32,000 bases of DNA from Promethearchaeum syntrophicum (lineage in GTDB: Archaea; Asgardarchaeota; Lokiarchaeia; Sigyniarchaeales; Promethearchaeaceae), in NCBI RefSeq assembly GCF_008000775.2, contig NZ_CP042905.2, positions 990,001 through 1,022,000 of the forward strand. Reading direction: 5' to 3'. Under the pieces are notes generated by a model. It did not search any database. It was not told the DNA's origin and saw nothing but the letters and a program-made list of their open reading frames with translations. Made by a program: the position numbers and the translations under genes. This document shows positions 7,253 through 15,025 of this stretch, piece after piece; position 1 is the stretch's first letter; each line of letters opens with the position of its first letter.

Positions 7253-9814
7253 TTGTCCAAATTAGAATTAGAGAATATTACCGATTTCTATAAAAAAATT
7301 TCCAAGATTCAAAATTTATTAGATGAATTTAATCATTTTTGGGCAAAAGAGTTATTTAATCAAATTATTAAGGAAATCGAAATAAAAATTGAAACAATAT
7401 CTGAACGTATAAGTATTTATAACATTTTAATTAATATTTGGGAGTCTTATGTTAAAAATTTAGTTTCAGATTTGTATAGTAATTGGCCTTTGATCTATGA
7501 TGCATATAATTGTATTTTTGAAATTTTATCTGTCTTAAATGAATCAAATCGCATTTCAGAGATCGGAATTAGGCTAGTAAAAATTTTCCATAAAATAAAA
7601 TTTACCAATAATAAAAATATTGCAAAAATATTAGAGTCACTTGCATTATTGATATATAATTCTGAAAACTTTCAAAAATCGTTAGAATTATTCTTCTTAT
7701 CATTCTATTTTAATGAAGGATTTCTCCAGACTCCCAGCAGTGATGAATGTTTTAAAAAATTTAATTCTCTACTTTTAAAATTATCCACTGATCATCGTGA
7801 TATTTTGCTTAATGCATTTTTATTTGAGATTTATGATGGTTTTTTTGATGGTAACAATATAAAATTTCAAGATTTTACTGAAATGCTGTATAGGATATCA
7901 TTCCAAAATTTTGAATTCACCCTTCACAAAAGTATGCAAAAAATATCCCAACATTCCATAAATTTTCAAGAAGAAATAGGATTAGTAGAAGAAACTATTG
8001 ATTTTCTTCAAATGATAAAGGAAGAAAGATGGGCTTTTTCAGTAGTGAAAATATATTCCAATATACTCTATAAACTAAATAAAAATCAAAAATTAGAGAA
8101 ATTCATTTATTCCTTTATAGAAAAATCGTGTAAACATGGTGAATATTCAACCGCGTTAAAAACTTATTCTTATTTGGATGAGATAACATATTCAAATGAT
8201 TCTGAATTTCAAATAAGAAGCATTAAGATATGGGCAAAAGCTGCCAAAAATTTTAGAAAATTAGCTGACAAATCATATTTTGTCTCAGCAATAAAAAGCT
8301 TCCGTGAATTATTAAAATTACCCAAAGATCCCCGGTTATTTCAAGATTTTACATACGCATTCAATGAATATTATCGTTTAGTTCGGGGAAGGTTGAATAT
8401 TGATGAAGAAGAATTCTGGTGGATTGCTTTTCATAGAAGTATTTTTGAAGAGGGATTTAAAGATATTGCAGAGCTAAGTGCTAAAAATCTAAATATTGCC
8501 CAATTACCATTATTTGAATCAATGATTAATGACGGCATTCAGAAAACAATTGAAATGAAAACAAGACTAGCTAAAACTAACGATCCTATAGATATTGGAG
8601 GAATGATACCATCTAAAATTATTATTAAACTCCGAATTCCGGCAAATAAAAATATGAAAATGTATTCTGAATTAATTTATACATCAGGTTTTTCTAAACC
8701 AGAATTAGTAAAAATTGACGAGATATGGAAAGAACCTCAGTTAATTAAGTTATATATGCAATTGCCATTCAATAATCCCCAAATCGAAAATTTAAATCAA
8801 TCTCAAATATCACAAGTTCAATTTGGAAAATTAGCTTTTCTTTTTCTTCCTCAAGAACTTAGAATGTTTTTCTCACAACTAAATATTGGAAAGGATCATG
8901 TTCCTGAAATTTTCATTATAATGGATGAACCTGGGTATCCATTTGAAATGTTACACGATGAAAAATCATCATTAGGAACAAAATTCGCATTTGGATATAG
9001 GTTTGATGAACCAAAATTAAGTCCAGAGAAAATAGTAATTCAAGACCAACCTGAAGATGTTGTGAATTTGAAATATATGATCTTAGCTATAGGTGATTTA
9101 AATAGGAATTTCCCTAAAATTTGGAATGAAAATGATAAGAAATATTATCCCCTCTACCCATTCCCCGAGAGTTCAAAACAATTAGAATTTCTTGAATCTA
9201 AATTAAATAATCTTCTACATTTAGTCGAAAAATCTACATTTCTCAATTCACAGTCCGGAACTTATCAAAATATTGAAAAAGAAATTACTTCTGGTTTATA
9301 TAATATCATCTACATTTCTTCAAACCTTTTTTATATTGAAGAAAATCCCCTTCATTCATATTTTATCACTCCTGATGATAAAATAATAAACCTTCAAGAT
9401 ATTCTAGAAATGCTTGAATTTGCTCAAAAACACAATGAGATACAAGGAATTCCATTCTTTAAACCATTATTAGTTTTTGATGCCCATATTATTGATAGGT
9501 CTGGTAAGATCATATCTAGATCGTTCAATCAATTAAGTAATATATCAAAATTAGTTGGATCAAAAAATAATCTTGGAATTTTAGCGAGGATCTCTATTGA
9601 ATTCGATGAAATTTTAAAATTATTTTTATCTGAATTTATTAATCGGCTCTTTCTAAGAGAATCAATAGGTTCAGCCTTACTCAAAGCTCATAAACAGCTA
9701 TATAGAATAGTCAAAAGTTTAGAAAAACTTGATGAAGACAATTATTCTCTTTCGCAAACGCTCTTAGAGACTCATTATGTATTTTATGGTAATTTATTTA
9801 ATTTTTTGGAATAA
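7253..9814 (+). CDS. Large hypothetical protein: N-terminal helical (TPR-like) region plus C-terminal CHAT-like (caspase-fold) domain lacking the His/Cys dyad
   Basis: 853-aa ORF with a TTG start 3 nt after the actin-gene stop. GGAG at 7240-7243 is a plausible Shine-Dalgarno. There is no in-frame ATG for roughly the first 210 codons. The C-terminal ~300 aa follow CHAT motif order: IFIIMDEPGYPFEML, FAFGYRF, PFPESSKQLEFLE, NIIYISSNLFY at the His-motif position, KPLLVFDAHIID at the Cys-motif position, and IGSALLKAHKQL at the end. Confidence 0.6.
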   Translation: MSKLELENITDFYKKISKIQNLLDEFNHFWAKELFNQIIKEIEIKIETISERISIYNILINIWESYVKNLVSDLYSNWPLIYDAYNCIFEILSVLNESNRISEIGIRLVKIFHKIKFTNNKNIAKILESLALLIYNSENFQKSLELFFLSFYFNEGFLQTPSSDECFKKFNSLLLKLSTDHRDILLNAFLFEIYDGFFDGNNIKFQDFTEMLYRISFQNFEFTLHKSMQKISQHSINFQEEIGLVEETIDFLQMIKEERWAFSVVKIYSNILYKLNKNQKLEKFIYSFIEKSCKHGEYSTALKTYSYLDEITYSNDSEFQIRSIKIWAKAAKNFRKLADKSYFVSAIKSFRELLKLPKDPRLFQDFTYAFNEYYRLVRGRLNIDEEEFWWIAFHRSIFEEGFKDIAELSAKNLNIAQLPLFESMINDGIQKTIEMKTRLAKTNDPIDIGGMIPSKIIIKLRIPANKNMKMYSELIYTSGFSKPELVKIDEIWKEPQLIKLYMQLPFNNPQIENLNQSQISQVQFGKLAFLFLPQELRMFFSQLNIGKDHVPEIFIIMDEPGYPFEMLHDEKSSLGTKFAFGYRFDEPKLSPEKIVIQDQPEDVVNLKYMILAIGDLNRNFPKIWNENDKKYYPLYPFPESSKQLEFLESKLNNLLHLVEKSTFLNSQSGTYQNIEKEITSGLYNIIYISSNLFYIEENPLHSYFITPDDKIINLQDILEMLEFAQKHNEIQGIPFFKPLLVFDAHIIDRSGKIISRSFNQLSNISKLVGSKNNLGILARISIEFDEILKLFLSEFINRLFLRESIGSALLKAHKQLYRIVKSLEKLDEDNYSLSQTLLETHYVFYGNLFNFLE

Positions 9815-9830
9815 GCTAAAAGTTAAAAAT

Positions 9831-9866
9831 AATAGATAGAATTAGAAAATAATAGAATTAGAAAAT
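9831..9866. repeat. Imperfect tandem repeat (aatagaattagaaaat unit, twice) in the gap upstream of the 172-aa gene
   Basis: Read directly: aatagATAGaattagaaaat followed by aatagaattagaaaat, ending 22 nt before the ATG at 9889. Confidence 0.8.
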
Positions 9867-9888
9867 ATTACATCGAGGTAAATTTGAA

Positions 9889-10407
9889 ATGTCCTTATTA
9901 CGTGCAGAAAACATAAAATTGAGAACTAAAGTTGAAGATCTTGAAAATCGATTATTAAATTTAGTCGGAACGATTAAAATCTTCACCGGTGGAATGCCCG
10001 GGAACGAACATATTATGAATAACAATATTGCAGAAATAATCACAAATGCAACTGATTTAAAGATTGTTGCACCTTACATCACTAATGAATATGCTATGAT
10101 ATTAAAAGATCGGGCAATGAATGGCATTAAAGTTCAAATTGTCCTAAATGACAGGCGAATGTGGCCCGCAAAATTTGTCGATATATATGATGAAATAAAA
10201 GTGACAAATGGAATAGATCTCATTAACAATCCAAATGTAAAATACCTTTTAGTTTGGAGTCCAAAAACAGCTTTATTTACCAGTGGACCTCTTGATAAGG
10301 ATTCTCTGATGAATACGGTTCTTATTGGCACTCTAATCAATGAAAAAGGTAAAATAAATGAATTATTAAAAATATTCCAATTAATGTTGCCTTCTTTCAT
10401 GCGATAA
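9889..10407 (+). CDS. Hypothetical protein: short N-terminal coiled coil plus PLD-like (PLDc_2-type) domain with a degenerate HKD motif
   Basis: 172-aa ORF. The layout resembles single-domain PLD/Nuc proteins: DLKIVAPYITNEYAMILKDRAMNGIKVQIVLNDRR ... NVKYLLVWSPKTALFTSGPLDKDSL. NVK stands where HxK is expected, and no Asp is at the +7 position. Confidence 0.4.
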   Translation: MSLLRAENIKLRTKVEDLENRLLNLVGTIKIFTGGMPGNEHIMNNNIAEIITNATDLKIVAPYITNEYAMILKDRAMNGIKVQIVLNDRRMWPAKFVDIYDEIKVTNGIDLINNPNVKYLLVWSPKTALFTSGPLDKDSLMNTVLIGTLINEKGKINELLKIFQLMLPSFMR

Positions 10408-10434
10408 ACTCTTGAGGTTCTGGAAAAATTATAA

Positions 10435-11652
10435 ATGGTAGAACATATGGAGAAAAAAACATACATCATCCCCGAATCAGGTGAAAATTCTGATTTTGTA
10501 TATAATTTTTGCATGAAACTATTTTTCTATTTAGGGATGATATGTTTTATTCCTTATTTTATAATCCTCAATATATTAACTACTCCCTTTTTTCCAGATT
10601 CAAGCAACAAGATTTTAATTTATGGATTGATCATAGGCACTTTATTTCTTCTATTTATAATGGATAATATTGGAATGCATTCCTCCTTTATTGATCGAAT
10701 AAGTCGCCTGATAACTTTAATATTAACTGTAGTAGGTGCCTCTCTCTCGATATTAATTCTTATTATCCCGAATATGGTTACTAGTTCAACAAATGTCGAA
10801 TTTTACTTAAAATTGGCAATAATTTTAACATTTGAAATTCTAGGATGGTTTTTCATTAGAAACAGTAGAGGCCTTTCTAAAGTTAAAGTTAAACCATTTT
10901 ATAATACAAGCATGTGGTCTCTTCTACTGTGTGGCATAATCTTTCTGTTTGAATACTTCGTGAAAAATGCAATCTTTGTATTCTTAGCAATAATTTTTTT
11001 GATTTATCCTATTATGATAATTGGATGGGGAAAACTTAAGGTAATTCCTTCAATTAAACCAAGAAAATTGGTGAGACCTTATAAAAGAACTACATTTTAC
11101 AATTATGCCATTGATATTGGAAAAGCTGTAATAATTCTTTTAACAATTCTTGCAGTTATTTATGATGGAACAGTTGTGTTATATCCTGCTGAATTAAGTT
11201 CTAATCCCGCTGCATGGATTCGGAATTTGGCAATAGTTGGAATTTTTGCAGCATTAGCAATGGAATTTTATATAAAAATTCAAACCGCTTTTTATGGCTT
11301 GGCTGTTATAATTATTCTCTATTTACTTTGTTTAATTCAATACCTTCTTGTTAACACTTTTTATTTTCATTTTTGGTATCTAATTGCACCAATAAATGGA
11401 TTCACGCTAGCGGGAGTTTATTTCTTCATCGAACAAAAATTATTTAAATCCAACAATGTAAGAGCAATGCCGGGAAGTTTCTATGTATTAATCCTAATTA
11501 TTGTTATCAGCGCGATAATCCTAAGAATAACCCCTGATGTTGATGATATTATTGAAAATTCGAAATTTGCATTATCCTTAATTGGATTGGCTTATATCAT
11601 AGGATATATACGTGAAGCACCAAAACAAACATCACTTCGAATTTCTATATAA
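10435..11652 (+). CDS. Polytopic integral membrane protein, unknown function
   Basis: 405-aa ORF, almost entirely successive hydrophobic segments. It starts 27 nt after the PLD-like gene on the same strand. Confidence 0.55.
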   Translation: MVEHMEKKTYIIPESGENSDFVYNFCMKLFFYLGMICFIPYFIILNILTTPFFPDSSNKILIYGLIIGTLFLLFIMDNIGMHSSFIDRISRLITLILTVVGASLSILILIIPNMVTSSTNVEFYLKLAIILTFEILGWFFIRNSRGLSKVKVKPFYNTSMWSLLLCGIIFLFEYFVKNAIFVFLAIIFLIYPIMIIGWGKLKVIPSIKPRKLVRPYKRTTFYNYAIDIGKAVIILLTILAVIYDGTVVLYPAELSSNPAAWIRNLAIVGIFAALAMEFYIKIQTAFYGLAVIIILYLLCLIQYLLVNTFYFHFWYLIAPINGFTLAGVYFFIEQKLFKSNNVRAMPGSFYVLILIIVISAIILRITPDVDDIIENSKFALSLIGLAYIIGYIREAPKQTSLRISI

Positions 11653-11692
11653 AAAAGAAAAAAAAACCTCAAGTAAAAAACGTATTCTTATT

Positions 11693-11956
11693 TTATTCCG
11701 CTTTCTTTTCTTCCTTATCTTCAAAAAGAGTTGTTTTAATCCATCTTTCTGAGGCTCTTTTGTTTCTGGATCTATTATAGAAAATAAAAGCACCAATATT
11801 GAATAATCCATAAAGGAAATATATAGAGGGATCAAGCACTCCAGCAATATCAATTATAATGAGAATGACCCAAACGAGAGCAAGTAATGATGCCAAAATC
11901 ATCATAAATTTATTCTCTTCAGCTTGCATTTTTTCTGCTATTTGTTCTTCAGACAT
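11693..11956 (-). CDS. Small membrane protein (two predicted TM helices)
   Basis: 87-aa ORF with two hydrophobic stretches (FMMILASLLALVWVILIIIDIAGV and IYFLYGLFNIGAFIFY) and charged termini. I prefer it over the overlapping 73-aa ORF at 11632-11853. Confidence 0.45.
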   Translation of the reverse strand: MSEEQIAEKMQAEENKFMMILASLLALVWVILIIIDIAGVLDPSIYFLYGLFNIGAFIFYNRSRNKRASERWIKTTLFEDKEEKKAE

Positions 11957-12424
11957 ATTTTAATCACTTAAAATTATATTTACTAATTATTGGTTGAATA
12001 TATTTTTTCTTCTTCTTATTTTTTCTTAAAAAATCTAATTTTTATTTATTATTAGGTATATATGTTCATGTAAATCTTTCATAAACTCCGAGAAGTTTAT
12101 TACTTTCCTGTAAATGAAGAAACTATTTGTGAATTTCTGCTCCCATAGATAGGGGCATTTCTGCGCGTTTTTCAATTATCTCTGTTTGGTTATATGGAGG
12201 GTAATCCATTATGAGACTTACTTCTGAAATTTTAATGAAGGTTATATTCTTGAGAAAAATCGGTTTATTTACCATATAAATACACTGAATAAATACTCGA
12301 AACTCCCAAGTAACCTTGTTTTGAATATTATTCTTAAATAATTTCGAACCAAATTCTGCTATCCCTCCTTTTGATTAATAACGAGTTAATGCAAAGGGAA
12401 GTTGGCAAAAAAAAAGAAGAAAAA

Positions 12425-13858
12425 TTAAGCTAAAGCATCTTTCAAAGATTTTTCAAATCGGTGGCATATTTCCTCAGTTTCCTCATCAGAAATTATTAGC
12501 GGAGGTTTAATTTTAAGAATATTTCGCATCATTTCACCATTGGGTTTAAGAATAGGCATACTCTCTCCAAACAGAATATTATTCTTCAAGCCTTTTTCAA
12601 TCACTTTTTCCACCAATTCATTAAATGGCTCTCTATTCTTTGAATCTTTTATTAATTCAATCCCAATAAAAAGACCAGGACCCCTTATATCACCAATTTG
12701 GAAATATTTATTTTGTAGGTCCTTGATAAAACTTGTAATTTTCCTTCCTTGTCTTGCTGCATTTGCGGGAATCTTTTCTTTCTGAAGGATTTCAATTGTA
12801 ACCAAGGAAGCTGCCATCAATACAGGAGATGAAGAATAAGTGCTATGTTCTTCTGCTTCTGATAGCATTTTCATTTTTGGATTTGCAATTGTTACTCCAA
12901 GAGGAAACCCTCCTCCTACTCCTTTCGTTGCAGTAAGAATATTCGGTGATACATCCTCATTAGTTTGTTTATTATACCATTCTGTAGCCCACATTTCTCC
13001 AGTACGGCCAAACCCGGTTTGACATTCATCGAAAATTAGTTTTATTTTATTCTCTTTACAAATTTGCTTCAATCCAATCAAGAATTCTACTGGTGCTGGA
13101 ATTTGTCCACCGGCTCCTTGCATGGTTTCAAGTAATACTCCAGCAATTCCACTTGTATGAAAATATTCAATATGTTGCCTAACTAATCCAAGACACTCTA
13201 ATTTGCATTCAGGATCTTTCTTTCCCTCGAATCCGTTTTTATAACCCCACGGGCACCGATAACAATACGGGAAAAAAGTTTTAACAAATCTATCAATTCC
13301 AAATGGTCTATATCTCATTGCCATTCCGATCTGTTGTGTTGCAGATGAAAGTGCTAAACTACTTCCATGGTATCCACGCCAAAACGTTACGATTTGATCC
13401 CGATTTCCTCGCGTATTAATAAAAGCGGTTCTAATTGCACATTCTACAGCTCCTCCTCCGCCTAAATTATTTATAGCAATTCTTCCACCTTTTAATTCTC
13501 CAGGGGCAATTTCTGCTAATTTATTACATAGTTTTACTCGTATTGGAGTTAAATAACCATATCGAACATGATTTGCATGCTGTCCTTGAAGTGCAACAGC
13601 GTAATTAACATCAGAGGGGGCATGACCCAAATTTAGTGACCATGCTTGCGCTGTGCAATCCAAAATTGGTTCTTCCTGATTTCTGAATTTGAAATAAGAA
13701 GTTCCTCCCTTTCCGGGTTCTGTTGTTCCCTCAACAATTTCATTGAGAACAGGAACTAAAAGATGGCTTTTTTTGCATTTTTCAACGTCTTCATCAGATA
13801 TTTTGCTTAAAATTAACTCTTCAATTTCTTTCTTGGTCAACCATTTAGTATCAAACAT
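12425..13858 (-). CDS. Class-III PLP-dependent aminotransferase (omega-amino acid / acetylornithine aminotransferase family)
   Basis: 477-aa ORF. Motifs: GYHGSS, FDECQTGFGRTGEMWA, LTATKGVGGGFPLG (Lys at the PLP position) and the Cys-containing PYCYRCPWG segment seen in this family. An AAGGTGA Shine-Dalgarno-like sequence precedes the ATG. The gene lies 33 nt downstream of the acyltransferase gene. Confidence 0.85.
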   Translation of the reverse strand: MFDTKWLTKKEIEELILSKISDEDVEKCKKSHLLVPVLNEIVEGTTEPGKGGTSYFKFRNQEEPILDCTAQAWSLNLGHAPSDVNYAVALQGQHANHVRYGYLTPIRVKLCNKLAEIAPGELKGGRIAINNLGGGGAVECAIRTAFINTRGNRDQIVTFWRGYHGSSLALSSATQQIGMAMRYRPFGIDRFVKTFFPYCYRCPWGYKNGFEGKKDPECKLECLGLVRQHIEYFHTSGIAGVLLETMQGAGGQIPAPVEFLIGLKQICKENKIKLIFDECQTGFGRTGEMWATEWYNKQTNEDVSPNILTATKGVGGGFPLGVTIANPKMKMLSEAEEHSTYSSSPVLMAASLVTIEILQKEKIPANAARQGRKITSFIKDLQNKYFQIGDIRGPGLFIGIELIKDSKNREPFNELVEKVIEKGLKNNILFGESMPILKPNGEMMRNILKIKPPLIISDEETEEICHRFEKSLKDALA

Positions 13859-13891
13859 TGTTTTTCACCTTTTAATTTAATATTCTTGATT

Positions 13892-14722
13892 TCACAAAGA
13901 TTTGAAACACCATTCTTCTTCTAAACAGCCACTGTGAATCATAAAGTACATATCCTCTAAGAAACGTGAGGCAGGAGCTCCATCTATCACACTGTGATCG
14001 AATGCAATGGTAGCTGCTAAACGTTCTCTTTCGACAATTTTTCCTTCTTTATCCAGTTCATAACCTCTAGAAATTGCCCCTATCCCAAGAGAAAAAGTAT
14101 GGGGTGTTAGATGAATCATCCAACCTAATTGATTTGCGGTTTTTGCCATCATCCCTGCAGCAGTTAATCCCACTGTCCCTAATAGTTTCTTTTTTAGCAA
14201 AGGGGTTGAAAAAATCTTATGAATTATTATCTTGCGTATAAAACGAGGAAATTTTGGGAAATATTTAATTAATTTCTTCCCCCCCTTATTACCGGTTGTT
14301 AATTCGATTTTTTTTGTTTGCGCTGCTCGAATTTCATTATGAATTTCTCTGAGTGTTTTTATATGTGCGTTACGAACAGTATAATTGACTGGTTTTTTAA
14401 CCCCATCTACATTTCTTTCAATATTTGTCATAACGTCTACCTCATCAAAAATAAAATATTCTTTCTTCTTATATCTCAGCGTATTTATTGGATATTTATG
14501 TTTTTCAACCACTCGAGCATAACAAGCAATGAGAAAGGCAGTAAAGCTGATTGATTCTCCAGATGTTTCCTTATGTTTTCTGAGTCTTTTCCTACATTCT
14601 GTAATATCTGCTGCGCCGAAGGCCCAAATGGTATGCATCTGTTTTGCCACAGAGCGGTAATCATCAATTGCTTTCGCCATAGGGCTTATTTTTTTAATAG
14701 TAACTGAATCTTTTTCTTTCAT
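13892..14722 (-). CDS. Stand-alone 2-oxoacid dehydrogenase E2-type acyltransferase catalytic domain (CAT-like), paralog A
   Basis: 276-aa ORF. The C-terminal catalytic motif is AFDHSVIDGAPASRFLEDM (DHxxxDG). The N-terminal part resembles the start of an E2 catalytic domain (ISFTAFLIACYARVVEKHKYPINT). It is too short to hold lipoyl or subunit-binding domains. Confidence 0.75.
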   Translation of the reverse strand: MKEKDSVTIKKISPMAKAIDDYRSVAKQMHTIWAFGAADITECRKRLRKHKETSGESISFTAFLIACYARVVEKHKYPINTLRYKKKEYFIFDEVDVMTNIERNVDGVKKPVNYTVRNAHIKTLREIHNEIRAAQTKKIELTTGNKGGKKLIKYFPKFPRFIRKIIIHKIFSTPLLKKKLLGTVGLTAAGMMAKTANQLGWMIHLTPHTFSLGIGAISRGYELDKEGKIVERERLAATIAFDHSVIDGAPASRFLEDMYFMIHSGCLEEEWCFKSL

Positions 14723-14737
14723 TAAATATCACCCATT

Positions 14738-14769
14738 TCTAGATAAAATCGCTTATTATTTTATCTAGA
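14738..14769. promoter_or_regulatory. Perfect 12-bp inverted repeat TCTAGATAAAAT-N8-ATTTTATCTAGA just upstream of acyltransferase paralog A
   Basis: Read directly. The arms are 14738-14749 and 14758-14769. The proximal arm begins 16 nt from the start codon at 14722. Confidence 0.5.
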
Positions 14770-15025
14770 TATTTTGTTATATAAAAATGATTCATGTTGC
14801 AAATGGAATTATTTAAAATATATTTCTTTTTCCAAAGTTTTAATGTGTCAATCAGTTTTGTTATAAAAGGTGAAAATTAAAGTTTTAATCTATTCTGGTT
14901 AAAGTTTCAATTAAAATATACAATAAAGTTCTAAATTTTTAAAAGAAGAAACTTTAATTAGAAAAAACACGAATTTCAATTAAATAAGAAATTCATACCA
15001 ACCATATTCAGAGTGTTTTATTATC

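Noticed and set aside
11632-11853. 73-aa ORF overlapping the 87-aa small membrane protein gene in another frame
   Set aside because: It also overlaps the 3' end of the 405-aa gene on the opposite strand. The 87-aa ORF has cleaner TM-helix architecture. The two cannot both be real, and I kept the better one at modest confidence.
12123-12275. 50-codon reverse-strand ORF (MVNKPIFLKNITF...PLSMGAEIHK) in the 470-bp gap downstream of the aminotransferase. It is open for 29 more codons upstream, to an AGGAGGG followed by ATA.
   Set aside because: It is below the track threshold and has no family resemblance. The Shine-Dalgarno-like sequence is not followed by a canonical start codon. It could be a gene remnant or a small protein, but I cannot support it from sequence alone. 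The hairpin ATAAACT-N6-AGTTTAT at 12081-12100 just beyond it is noted but weak.
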